A DNA stretch of 64,000 nt. It comes from Rhina ancylostomus (taxonomy: Eukaryota). Both the position numbers and the translations under genes were made by a program. Below the pieces are notes generated by a model that searched no databases, was not told the DNA's origin, and worked only from the letters and a program-made list of their open reading frames with translations. Below, piece by piece: positions 53,780 to 64,000 of this stretch (within the stretch, counting starts at the first letter, position 1; the number at the start of each line of letters is the position of its first letter). The DNA lies in the NCBI GenBank assembly GCA_030265395.1, contig JARFYF010000074.1, positions 90,444,754-90,508,753 of the forward strand. Direction: 5' to 3'.

Positions 53780-55020
53780 GAGTCATAGAGTTGTCCAGCA
53801 TAGAAACGTACCCTTTGGCCCACCATGTACACACCAACCTTTTTGCACTAATGCATTTTCCCACGCTAAGTCCATAACCTACTGTGCCTTGCCTATTTAA
53901 GTGTCTGACTAAACATCTCTTGAACATAGTGATTGTGAGTCACTACCTCCTCAAACAACAAGATTCAGATATTAACCACTGTGTAAAAAAAATTCCCCCA
54001 AAATCTCCNNNNNNNNNNNNNNNNNNNNNNNNNNNNNNNNNNNNNNNNNNNNNNNNNNNNNNNNNNNNNNNNNCTACCTCTGCCTCTCATAATCTAAAAT
54101 ATTTCTATCAGGACATCCCTCAACCTCCTTCACTCCAAGGAAAACAAGCTCAACCTAACCAATCTCTCCCCAGAACTAAAATCCTCCAATCCAGGCTATA
54201 TCCTGGTGAATCTCCTCTGCACTCTCCCAAGTGCAACTACATCCTTCCAATTGTGTGGCAACCAGAACTGCACACAATACTCCAAGTACAGTCTAGTCAG
54301 TGATTTGTAAAGTTACAACAAAATATCGTAACTTTTATATTCTACTCCCCGACCTATGAAGGTAAGCACGCCAAATATCTTCTTCACCACTATCTATGTG
54401 TTGTCACTTTCAAAGAAATATGAATTAGAACCTGCAGGTCTTGATGTTCTTTAGTGCCCTACCATTTACTGTATATTTCCTACCCATATTTGACTTCCCA
54501 AAATGCATCACCTCCCATGTGTGGTGATTAAATACCATCTGCCAACACCCCACTCAACTTCTCCATCTGATCTATATCCTACTGCAGCCTTAGACAACCT
54601 TTATTTCTATTCAGAACACCAGCAATTTTCATGTCATCAGCAAACATATTAATCATTCCTCCTCCAGTCACATCCAAGTTGTTAACATATGTCACAAACA
54701 GAAAGGGCGCAGCACTGATCTCTGTGGTACACCACTAACCACAGACTTCCAATCAGAAAATCACCATCATCCTCTGCCTCCTATCACAAGCCAAATTTGG
54801 ATCCAGTTAGGTAGCTCCCATGTACCTTAACCTTCTGGACCAACCAACCCTGCAGGAACTTGTTAAAAGTCTTTCCAAAGTCCATATGGACGATTTTCTT
54901 AGTCACCCCCTCAGAAAGCTCTATCAAATTGGTGAGAGAGGACTTCCCCCACACAAAGCTATGCTGACTATCCTTGATCAGCTTCTGTCTTTCCAAATGT
55001 ACACAAATCCTATTCCTTAA
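53780..55020 (-). mobile_element. CR1 LINE RT plus 3' end
   Basis: DSQHSFVWGKSSLTNLIE...MDFGKTFNK; FADD and LEYCVQFWLP on the minus strand; tail GAGTCATAGAGT. Confidence 0.88.
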
Positions 55021-56366
55021 TAGGCATATGTTTTTAACGAGTTATTTGCTACAGGCCCAGTGGGACATACATTTAACAACAGTAAATGAGTAAATGTTGT
55101 AGACTAGTGGGTTCTACACCTTAAGTATGTTTTCATAGAAAGTACAGCACAATATAGGTCCTTCAGCCCACAATTCCACGCCTTAAATCTGTTCTGCACA
55201 TTTGATGACTTTGGCTGATGAAATCAAGCCATCTCTTGCTTTGGTCAGATCATGTCTTAAAATGCTTAGAAAGTGATAAATGAAAAGCTCATTAGCCCGA
55301 TTACTTAGAATCAGAAAGATAAAGAAAAGATAAAAGGAAGTCTAATACCGTGTATCTGAGAGTTAACAATTGGGAAGAGTTGTCAAACAAGTTAGATTGC
55401 AATAAAATTATATGGTGAAATTTAATTATAGTTATGTATCTATTAATTGTTCTTCATCTGATAGGAGATGAATAAAAGGGGCTGAATGGAAGCAGATAAA
55501 ATCAAAAGTGGAATGGAAAATCTCTGCCCTAAAGATTATTTCTTTAATCCTTATTGGGAAAGCAAGAGGACATTGTAAAAAAAAAGCTGGTTTTGGAGTT
55601 GTCAGGAAACACGTCTTCACAAAAGGAATGAGGAAGAAATAAGACAAATATCTATGAATTATAAGAACCTAAGAAGTAAAAGTAGAAGGCCATTCAGCTC
55701 CTCATGGATCCTGACTGGGGATCTCTTTCTATTCCTATGTCCTTAAGTTCCCATGAAATCATTACTAGATAAGAGGCAAGAACTCTGGTTTAATTTAAGA
55801 ACCAATTAATTAGAGAACTGTAATTTCCCTAGAACCACTTGAATTGAATTACTTGCTTCAGTTGTATTTATGTGGTCATTATGAAATTTGCTAATCCCAC
55901 TTTGTATGTGCAAATTTATCTACAAAGTTACACATCCAGAAAACCTTAGTGATTGATTTTAGTTCAGGTAGGCATTCTATATTATCAAATAATTGGTATT
56001 GCCTTTAATGCTAAGAGAAAGCTATCATTATTATCATTAACAACAGCTTTCAAGAGTGATCAAATTGTGATCACCACCACCCCCAACTCTAACTACCCAT
56101 ATAGTGAGAGAAAGAAATATAACAGATACATTATAAGACATCAATAGAGAAAGATAAAGAATTTAAGGAGAAGCAGAAATGTTGCAGGAAGAGACAAACA
56201 AATGGGAGACACCTTAAAAGCATATGTTTTGTTTTGATCATTGCAGTTATAATATACAATCATATTTTTAAAAAATCAACTGTTTTAATGTTATGCAAGG
56301 TAACTCATGTAAATAGTAAATTATTTATGCAAGATTTGTTACAAAGACTTTCAAATTTCTACCTAG

Positions 56367-56597
56367 GTCCTCAATCATCTATTGCATTTGAAGTTTACAA
56401 ACAGCATGGGCGAGCATGTCGATTTTGATGATCAGGGTGATCTCAAGGGAAATTACACAATTATCAATTGGCAATTGTCCCCTGAGGATGAATCTGTGGT
56501 GTTTCAAGAAGTTGGCAACTACAATGCATATGCTAAACCAAGTGACAGACTCAACATAAATGAAAAGAAAATCCTATGGAGTGGATTCTCTAAAGTG
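56367..56597 (+). CDS. CASR: CASR exon 5 (231 nt)
   Basis: Acceptor TTTCTACCTAG|, donor GTG|GTATGA. Encodes [41 protein letters not shown]...[10 protein letters not shown]. Length equals the 231-nt mammalian exon 5. Confidence 0.97.
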
Positions 56598-57294
56598 GTA
56601 TGAGATTAATTATTCACCACACATTTTAACTCATTCCTTATAGCATTTGCAAGATTAAAAAATCCATCATTTTCATTCACTGTGCATTGTATTTCTTCCT
56701 ACATTCATTGAAAAGATCACTTATACTAAACTACCATTAGATTATGACAACTTAGTAAAAAGATGTTTTCATTGATTTTTTTATTGCAGAGGAAAATATA
56801 ACTGAGTAAATTTTTGATGATTGTACTTACTGGTTTAGCTGTTCAAATGCCCAAATAATGGAAGAACAACTTCATGATGCTTTCACTGCATCGTGTTACA
56901 GTGTGGATTGGGATTCAGTTATACAGCTACTTTTTTTAATACACTCATTTTATAGATATGGGTGTTGCTGGCAAAGCCTGTTTCATTGTCCATTCCTGAT
57001 TGTGGGGAGGCACCACCTTGAACCATCGCAGACTGGGTGGTGACGATAATCTCACAGTGGTAATGGAGTATGAGGTTGCAAAATTTTGCACCAGCAGTAT
57101 ATTTCACAGTCAGGATGGTGTCTTGGAAGGGAAGTTGGAGCTGGTGATGTACCAATGCACTTGATGCCCCGGCCCTTCATTTTAAAGAAGTCATGCATTT
57201 GAGAAATGATGAAGAAGAAACCCTTCTTAATAGCTGCAGTAGTGGAATAATCCTTAATCTGTTATTCATGCACTACATTTGCTATAATTTTACA

Positions 57295-57727
57295 AGAACA
57301 TAAGAAATAGGAGCAGGAGTCGGCCATCTGGCCCGTCAACCCTGCTCCACCATTCAATAAGATCATGGCTGATCTGGCTGTGGACTCAGCTCCACCTACC
57401 TGCTTTTTTTCCCCATAAACCTTAATTCCCCTACTGTGCAAAAATCTATCTATGTCTTAAATATATTTAATGAGGCAGCCTCTACTGCTTCCCTGGACAG
57501 GGAATTCCACAGATTCACTACTCTGTGAGAAAAGCAGTTCCTCATCTCCGCCCTATATCTATTCCCCTGAATCTTGAGGCCATTTCCCCTTGGTCTAGTC
57601 TCACCTACCAGTGGAAACAACATTTCTGCCTCTACCTTATCTATCCCTTTCATAATTTTATATGTTTCTGTAAGATCCCCTCTCAGTCTTCTGAATTCCA
57701 GCGAGTATAGTCCCAGGCGACTCAACC
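57295..57727 (-). mobile_element. Young 5'-truncated CR1 LINE
   Basis: Open ORF SRLGLYSLEFRRLRGDLTETYKIMKGIDKVEAE...RVVNLWNSLSREAVEAASLNIFKT; tail AAGAACATAAGAAATAGGAGCAGGAG. Confidence 0.92.
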
Positions 57728-58460
57728 TTATATATTTTATATGAAAGCCAGTTGCAATTATGAGGGATAAATAATTGTGATGATGAAATTTTTTTTCTCA
57801 TAAACATTTGGGTCTGAACAACAAAATATCAGGGGACGGTGATGAAACTTGCAAACAGGAATGCCAAGCATGAAATGACGCAATAGGCTCATCAAACCCT
57901 TGTAGAGCTGTATTGTGAACAGCTACTAGAGCAGTCATTCTCCTGAAGGAGATAATCACCTAGACTTTTTTTTAAAGACAGGGTAAAATTAATCAGTCTA
58001 AAGTTGATTGTCACCTTTCACGAAACTTGTAGTCATTCAAATAAATAATTTAGAAATGCAGACCTGTTGATGCCGTATCTCCCAAAATTATTGGTTATTA
58101 CAGATATCACAGTGGATTTCATGTCATGCAGCTGTCAAATTTAATGGTTTCTTATTGGGAACCAGCAGCATGTTTATTTGACAGAAGTACTTCCTATGGA
58201 GAAATAATTCTTGGAAACAACTTGTTTTTCTTTAAAAGATTCTGATCGAGAGGTAGTTTTGCTGGTATACCTTACCAAGAGGTCTGGCAGCGACAGGCAG
58301 TAGAAACAAAACTACATCCATCCACCTTAGGTGCATCTGCATCCTGTTCGATATCCCAGCTTTCCCATAAATGTTAGCAATGTTCATTAAGTCTGTGAGG
58401 ATTTTGGTAAATCATTAGAATCCAAATGCTAATTATTATGCATATATATATAAAACTCTT

Positions 58461-58464
<4 letters not shown>

Positions 58465-58524
<60 letters not shown>
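58465..58524. repeat. (AC)30 microsatellite at a gap edge
   Basis: Perfect dinucleotide run. Confidence 0.97.
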
Positions 58525-58526
<2 letters not shown>

Positions 58527-58527
58527 A

Positions 58528-59206
58528 NNNNNNNNNNNNNNNNNNNNNNNNNNNNNNNNNNNNNNNNNNNNNNNNNNNNNNNNNNNNNNNNNNNNNNNNN
58601 NNNNNNNNNNNNNNNNNNNNNNNNNNNNNNNNNNNNNNNNNNNNNNNNNNNNNNNNNNNNNNNNNNNNNNNNNNNNNNNNNNNNNNNNNNNNNNNNNNNN
58701 NNNNNNNNNNNNNNNNNNNNNNNNNNNNNNNNNNNNNNNNNNNNNNNNNNNNNNNNNNNNNNNNNNNNNNNNNNNNNNNNNNNNNNNNNNNNNNNNNNNN
58801 NNNNNNNNNNNNNNNNNNNNNNNNNNNNNNNNNNNNNNNNNNNNNNNNNNNNNNNNNNNNNNNNNNNNNNNNNNNNNNNNNNNNNNNNNNNNNNNNNNNN
58901 NNNNNNNNNNNNNNNNNNNNNNNNNNNNNNNNNNNNNNNNNNNNNNNNNNNNNNNNNNNNNNNNNNNNNNNNNNNNNNNNNNNNNNNNNNNNNNNNNNNN
59001 NNNNNNNNNNNNNNNNNNNNNNNNNNNNNNNNNNNNNNNNNNNNNNNNNNNNNNNNNNNNNNNNNNNNNNNNNNNNNNNNNNNNNNNNNNNNNNNNNNNN
59101 NNNNNNNNNNNNNNNNNNNNNNNNNNNNNNNNNNNNNNNNNNNNNNNNNNNNNNNNNNNNNNNNNNNNNNNNNNNNNNNNNNNNNNNNNNNNNNNNNNNN
59201 NNNNNN
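58528..59206 (+). other. CASR: Assembly gap that probably contains CASR exon 6 (cysteine-rich domain, ~124 nt)
   Basis: I found no VPFSNCS...GEPTCCFEC coding sequence between 56598 and 60398. Exon 5 ends in phase 0 and the last exon starts in phase 1, so a phase 0/1 exon is needed. This is the only gap in the interval. Confidence 0.7.
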
Positions 59207-59767
59207 AGATAGCTTCAGACACAAATCAGCAAGAGGTATTTTGGCTCTCCCTATAATGTCAGAGGCAGTCCAATGTCACATTATTTGGAGAGATGGGAAG
59301 GTTGGTAAATGAATTTCCAGTCAGAGAGCTGAAGGCCCTCCCAATAATATTGGAATATTGGGATTGTAGAATACAGACAGACAGCAAAGGATAGAAAGTG
59401 GGCCATAATGCTAGTGGAAGTCTATAGAAACTGGTGACAGCAGTCACAGATAAGCAGGTGGGTTGAGACGTGAATGGTGAGCATTCTGATAAGCTCTAGT
59501 ATGTGACGAGTGGATTTGGGGAAGCAAATAAGGAGAGTTGTGGAGTCTGAAAGGGATAAAGGCAGGAATAAATTTGTAGCTGCAGTGGGTGATTCAGAGG
59601 AGTTAAGACAGGAAGTGCTTTATACTGTTGGCAAAGAAACAGGTGGTCAGTGAACCAAGCACATTCATCATCATGAATTTAACAGAATATTAGTCAACTT
59701 TATGTCCCAGTTAATAAGAAATAAAATATAATGCTAGTTTTGGTAGTCTGGCTGAGGCAGTGATTAT

Positions 59768-60240
59768 ATTGGTAAATTGGTTTATTATTGTCACATATAC
59801 TGAGGTACAGCGAAAAACTTGTCTTGAGTACCATCCATCCAGGTCAATTCATCCATCCAAGTCAATTCATTACACAGTGCATTGAGATAGTACAAGGTAA
59901 AAACAATAACAGAGTGCAGAATTAAGGGTTACAGTACAGAGAATGTGCAGTGCAGGTAGACAGTAAGGTGCAAGGTCACAAAGAGGTAGATTGTGAAGTC
60001 AAGAGTCTATCTTATCATACTAGGGAAACATTCAATAGCCTTAAACAGCGGGATAGATGCTGTCCTTGAGCCTGGTCGTATGTGCTTACAGGCTTTTGTA
60101 TCTTCTGCCTGATGAGCAGGGGGAGAAGAGAGAATGTCTGCAGTGGGTGGGGGTCTATGATTATGCTGGCTGCTTTACCGAGGCAGTGAGAAGTGTAGAC
60201 AGAGTCCATGGAGGAGAGGCTGGTTTCCATGATGTGGTTT
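59768..60240 (-). mobile_element. Rex1/Babar-type LINE 3' fragment (same family as 28-720)
   Basis: ORF ETSLSSMDSVYTSHCLGKAASIIIDP. 3' end reads AATAAACCAATTTACCAAT on the minus strand. Confidence 0.78.
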
Positions 60241-60398
60241 CATATGTTGGACTTCAGTTCACAAGTACTGTGCTGGAAGTGAGGCAGTACACTATGACTA
60301 TCTACTTTCAATGAATTAAGAATTACTGGTATGAAAACCTAATTGTACCCAAAAAGTTTCTAACTATACTTGATTCATTGTTTCTTTTTCTCCTTTAG

Positions 60399-61810
60399 AT
60401 GCAAGTGCATGTACAAAGTGTCCTAATGATTTTTGGTCAAATGAGAATCATACATCATGCATAGCCAAGGAGATTGAGTACCTGTCATGGACTGAACCTT
60501 TTGGAATTGCTCTGACAATATTTGCCGTCCTAGGAATATTGATCACTTCCTTTGTTTTGGGAGTATTCATTAAGTTCAGAAATACTCCAATTGTGAAAGC
60601 CACCAACAGAGAGCTCTCCTATCTTCTGCTTTTCTCTTTAATTTGTTGTTTCTCCAGTTCGTTGATCTTCATTGGAGAACCCAAAGATTGGACATGTAGA
60701 TTGCGTCAACCTGCATTTGGGATCAGCTTTGTATTGTGCATTTCTTGCATTCTGGTGAAAACTAATCGTGTGCTATTAGTCTTTGAGGCCAAGATCCCAA
60801 CTAGCCTCCATCGAAAGTGGGTGGGCCTCAATTTGCAGTTTTTATTGGTTTTCCTCTGTATCCTTGTGCAAATTGTTACTTGTGTCATCTGGCTTTACAC
60901 AGCACCCCCGTCAAGTTACAGAAATCATGAGCTAGAAGATGAAATCATTTTTATTACGTGTGATGAAGGCTCCTTAATGGCACTTGGTTTTCTCATTGGT
61001 TACACATGTCTCCTTGCTGCTATTTGCTTCTTTTTTGCCTTTAAGTCTCGGAAACTCCCAGAGAACTTCAACGAGGCCAAATTTATTACCTTCAGCATGC
61101 TGATATTTTTCATTGTCTGGATCTCATTCATTCCTGCTTATGTCAGCACCTATGGGAAATTTGTTTCAGCTGTAGAGGTCATTGCCATACTTGCATCAAG
61201 TTTTGGGTTACTTGGATGCATTTATTTTAACAAATGCTATATTATTTTGTTCAAGCCATCAAGGAATACCATTGAAGAAGTCAGATGCAGTACAGCTGCC
61301 CATGCTTTTAAAGTAGCAGCAAGGGCAACTTTGCGACGCAGCACTTTGACTCGTAAGAGGTCTAATAGCTTAGGTGGTTCAACTGTATCATCACCATCAT
61401 CTTCAATCTGTAGCAGGAATGCCCACGATGAGCCAATTACCATGGAGATGCAGAGGTGCAGCAAGCAGAAGGTCAGTTTTGGCAGTGGAACTGTCACCTT
61501 ATCTCTGAGTTTCGAGGAAACTGGAAGGTATGCAACTGTTAGCAGGAACATGAGAAGGAGAAATTCAATGGATGCCAAAAATAGTGATGATATTTTGATG
61601 AAGCACAATGTTTTGATTCCCCTTCAGAACTGTGACACAGGAAATGACACACGATGCAAGGTAACAGGAAAGAATGGGTCAGGAACTCTTGAGTCTCTGG
61701 ATGACAGCAAAGAATGTACCAAAAGTGCTGAAGAAGTCTCCTCCAACACTTCAATAAATCTGAGAAATTTTGTTGATGGCAACGTCATAGATAATGACAT
61801 AAATTCTTAA
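60399..61810 (+). CDS. CASR: CASR last coding exon (exon 7): end of CRD, 7TM domain and cytoplasmic tail
   Basis: Acceptor TTTCTTTTTCTCCTTTAG|AT. Encodes (D)[38 protein letters not shown]...[16 protein letters not shown]...[18 protein letters not shown]...[11 protein letters not shown]...[18 protein letters not shown]. Stop TAA at 61808-61810. Confidence 0.98.
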
Positions 61811-63006
61811 CAATGGCTGCTGAACCTACTTTTATCTTTGGCAGCATAAATTCAGATAATTCCAGCATATTGTGGAATGTTGTTGGTGCAAAATGCTACT
61901 TATGCTGTTGCTATGTGTATCAGGAATTAACACTCAAAATTACTACTTAGGACACTACTCAAGTGCCAATTCAAAACAATCAAGGAGCCCCAAACCTGAG
62001 AGATAAGGGAATAAGGGCCAGTTTCTGGATTTTCCATAATGAAGAACATTTAATGTAAAATACGAATATAAGCCTAGCAATGCAAAAGCTCGGTCAGAAA
62101 ACATGGAAGAAAGCAAAATTTTGAAACAGGATGGCCTGTGAACACAAAATTTAAAAGCTTCATTCTTTCAACAAATAACAAGTCAATTTACTTGAAAGAC
62201 TATTGAAGTTATGACTGTTTTCTTATTGATAAGCTGGCCGCATTTATATTGCAAACAAATTCATGTAATTAGAGAAAGTCCTGAACTGTCTAAAATAACA
62301 TTAAACATGTTGCTGGTGGCACAAGAAACCTTTTGATATTCTCAAGGAGTTTTATGCTCGTATAAAAATGAATTACTCAAACAAGTGGCATTGTTGTATA
62401 AATTCAGGTTTGTTCGACACAAATTATGGCAATCACATGGAAACACTGTGGCAACTAAACTTTACTAGAAGCAAGGTCCATCAAATGTGGCTACAGAAAA
62501 AAAGCATTGTCACTTGTGGTAACATTATCATGTTACTTCACCATGGTCATTGTAATGTGTTACACAAATTTATTTACTTTGCAGCTGAGTGTTAAAGGGA
62601 GAATATTTTGGTGGAAGACCAGAGAGATAAAGAACAAAGATTCTGAATATCAGAAATGTAGATTATGTGGAGAAATTACAGAAGTTGAACTTCTTTATCA
62701 GATTGAAGTCTTCACATTGATGAAGGAAAGTGATTTAAGCTGATCCAGGTGGTGAAAGAATTTTACAGTGGAAAATGCAAGTTAAAGAATTAGGAAATTA
62801 GTATCATAAAGAAGCAAGGCATTCACTTCAGGATAATAGTTGTGGAGTTGTCACTAAGAAGGATTATTGAAGTGAACAGTATATATTGGCCCAAATAGAA
62901 ACATTCCTGGGATTGAGACACTGCCAAGAAAGGCAGTGATGCTTCGAGAAGAGTGAGTGTGTTAGGCTAAAAATTCGAATGTTTTGCACTTGTGCACATT
63001 ACACCT

Positions 63007-63040
63007 ATTAAAAGTCATTTTGTAGTGCATTAGTATTAAA
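63007..63040 (+). promoter_or_regulatory. Candidate polyadenylation signals (ATTAAA at 63007 and 63035; another at 62300)
   Basis: Variant hexamers in the 3' UTR region followed by T/GT-rich sequence. The true cleavage site cannot be fixed from sequence alone. Confidence 0.3.
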
Positions 63041-64000
63041 GTTTGGTAAAGCAAAAGCTGAACTGCTATGTATCAAATAACATTTTAGTTTCAGTATTAA
63101 GACCAATGCTGTTTTAACTCACTGGTAATAACATATAGCTCTGGTAGCCATTTGAACACATGATTGTTTCAATGATTGTGTCAAAAGGAAACAGTGGAAA
63201 GGGGGTGTTATATCAGACCTTCAAGGAGCAGCAATGATAGTGTAGAACTTGTAAGCAAATTGTAATGATGTAGTTTAATATGGATNNNNNNNNNNTAACT
63301 AAATCAAATAGCTTCTCATTTAATACGCCTGTAATCAACAGTCAGTGGCTTTAGAAAAGGAGAAAAGAAAATGAAATAACGAAGATGAAGAGCCGAGGAA
63401 TGAAATACCATGATGGAGGTGAACTGGTAGAATTATGTGCCTGATATTAAATCATAGTTTGGTAGCAATGTCATTTATTATATTATTGAGACAGTGGTAA
63501 TACAGTGAGAAGGGAACATTCTAACAATGGTAAAACTGAAGGTGGAACGGAACAGCAGCTAATGACAGTGGTGGTCAAATGAGATAACAGTGCAAGATTA
63601 ATAGCACTATTCTTTCAATATGACACTGATAATGAAGCAGAGTGACAATGGTAATGGCATTATGTGAGGTCAGTGGACAACCAAAATAGAGCCATTTAAC
63701 AATAGTGAAATAGCAATGGAAGAGTATGACATTTGTGAAAGAATGATAATAGCATAGAGTATCAATGAGACATAGTAATCAAACAAGGTAACATTTGAAA
63801 AAATTGGTGTGGCTACAGGAAAAAATGTAAACAAAATTATTCCATTACTTATTGAACAGGATGTATATTGTAAGTGATGCCTACTCATTTCTGAAGCATT
63901 CCTAAGACTTGCTATTTTCTAATTTGGATATCTTGTATTGTGTAGCAGAATAACACAACACAATAGACAAGCTGAGTTTTGTTGCAGCCAAATGTCTGAA

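Noticed and set aside
56595-56603. Secreted ectodomain isoform by read-through into intron 5 (GTG GTA TGA)
   Set aside because: An early intronic stop is expected by chance, and nothing indicates intronic polyadenylation.
58374-59256. Long ORFs of 250-280 aa (also 26666-27340, 31066-31441, 51733-52326)
   Set aside because: Made of N-gap and microsatellite translation.
60706-61754. Antisense ORFs over the last CASR exon (also over exons 3 and 4)
   Set aside because: Shadow ORFs of the coding strand with no independent motifs.

Overview
Vertebrate genomic DNA, almost certainly from a cartilaginous fish (shark or ray), in a gapped draft assembly. The window holds one protein-coding gene, the extracellular calcium-sensing receptor CASR (class C GPCR), on the + strand. 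Five coding exons are visible: 30065-30261, 39836-40142, 43168-44064, 56367-56597 and 60399-61810. The conserved ~124-nt cysteine-rich-domain exon is not visible and probably lies in the N-gap at 58528-59206. With it, the protein would be ~1055 aa. A probable non-coding first exon ends at 7202, 22.6 kb upstream of exon 2, and the resulting 5' leader carries at least six short uORFs. The rest is intron or intergenic sequence with decayed retroelements: many CR1 LINE fragments, two Rex1/Babar-type LINE 3' ends, Penelope-like elements (RT plus GIY-YIG remnants, and short palindromic terminal derivatives, two with 15-16 bp target-site duplications, one carrying a hammerhead-like core), DeuSINE/SacSINE1-like SINEs and an HE1/V-SINE-like fragment. 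I found no convincing wholly new biological system. The best leads are the uORF-rich CASR leader, candidate alternative UTR exons and splice sites, and the Penelope-derived hairpin elements. Repeat boundaries are approximate. Comparisons with known sequences are from recall, not from a search.
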